Shown here piece after piece: positions 6,668 to 6,943 of a DNA stretch of 6,943 nt. Source of the DNA: a virus. Its lineage: Duplodnaviria; Heunggongvirae; Uroviricota; Caudoviricetes. How positions within the stretch are numbered: position 1 is the first letter of the stretch; every line of letters starts with the position of its first letter. The position numbers and the translations under genes were made by a program. The notes beneath the pieces were generated by a model. That model did not search any database. It saw nothing but the letters and a program-made list of their open reading frames with translations, and was not told the DNA's origin. The stretch lies in the IMG/VR virus record IMGVR_UViG_2698536628_000001; one strand, 5' to 3'.

Positions 6668-6940
6668 CCGGTACTGCAGTGTCTCCCGGACGTCATCCGG
6701 AAGATGGCTGTAGGGGTTGCCATCCACCTTATGGCTGCCGCTGTAAATCAGCGTGATTTCCACACCCTGTTTCTCCAGCGCAGCACCGTAATTACTGTGA
6801 GCCATCATGACGCCGATGGAGCCTGTCCGGGCGGTCTGCGTGACCAGACGCCGGGAGGCGGCACTGGCAAGCAACTGACCTGCACTGCAGTTCATGTCGT
6901 TGGCAAGCGCCCATACCGGTTTTATGTGTAACCGGCTCAT
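6062..6940 (-). CDS. C: Capsid maturation protease/scaffold gpC-like ORF (S49/ClpP-like serine protease family), 292 aa here versus about 439 aa in lambda. It is bounded 5' by an in-frame TAA at the window edge
   Basis: Track ORF 6062..6940, MSRLHIKPVWALANDMNCSAGQLLASAASRRLVTQTARTGSIGVMMAHSNYGAALEKQGVEITLIYSGSHKVDGNPY...AVNDLLNTPV, matches the C-terminal two thirds of lambda gpC from about residue 153. The presumptive catalytic Ser is in NDMNCSAG. Positions 6941..6943 (tta, reverse complement TAA) are an in-frame stop. Confidence 0.88.
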   Translation of the reverse strand: MSRLHIKPVWALANDMNCSAGQLLASAASRRLVTQTARTGSIGVMMAHSNYGAALEKQGVEITLIYSGSHKVDGNPYSHLPDDVRETLQYRMDATRQMFAQKVSAYTGLSVQAVLDTEAAVYSGQEAIDAGLADELVNSTDAITVMRDALDARKSRLSGGRMTKETQSTTVSATASQADVTDVVPATEGENASAAQPDVNAQITAAVAAENSRIMGILNCEEAHGREEQARVLAETPGMTVETARRILAAAPQSAQARSDTALDRLMQGAPAPLAAGNPASDAVNDLLNTPV

Positions 6941-6943
6941 TTA

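Noticed and set aside
1-6943. Promoters, tRNA/ncRNA genes, CRISPR repeats, insertion-sequence ends, att sites
   Set aside because: A visual scan found no spaced direct repeats, no tRNA-like cloverleaf candidates in the tiny intergenic spaces, no recognisable IS terminal inverted repeats, and no convincing -35/-10 pair in intergenic DNA. The late operon is expected to be read through from an upstream late promoter. The scan was by eye and not exhaustive.

Overview
The whole window is the reverse-complemented late morphogenetic (head and tail) operon of a lambda-like siphovirus or prophage, with every gene on the minus strand in lambda order: C/Nu3 (5' end at the right window edge), D, E, FI, FII, Z, U, V, G, G-T and the first 490 codons of H. 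Proteins are near-identical to phage lambda but not identical, with FI apparently the most diverged, so this is a close lambda relative rather than lambda itself. I find no evidence of a novel system: every long ORF is accounted for, there are no RNA genes, CRISPR arrays or insertion sequences, and the plus-strand ORFs are antisense artefacts. The points worth a second look are a 45-N gap at the D/E junction that is too short to hold the missing sequence, an in-frame TAA directly before the C-like ORF at the right edge, a stop-to-Trp change extending FII by 7 residues, the G-T -1 frameshift site, and a UUCG-tetraloop hairpin between E and FI. All lambda comparisons are from memory and need alignment to confirm.
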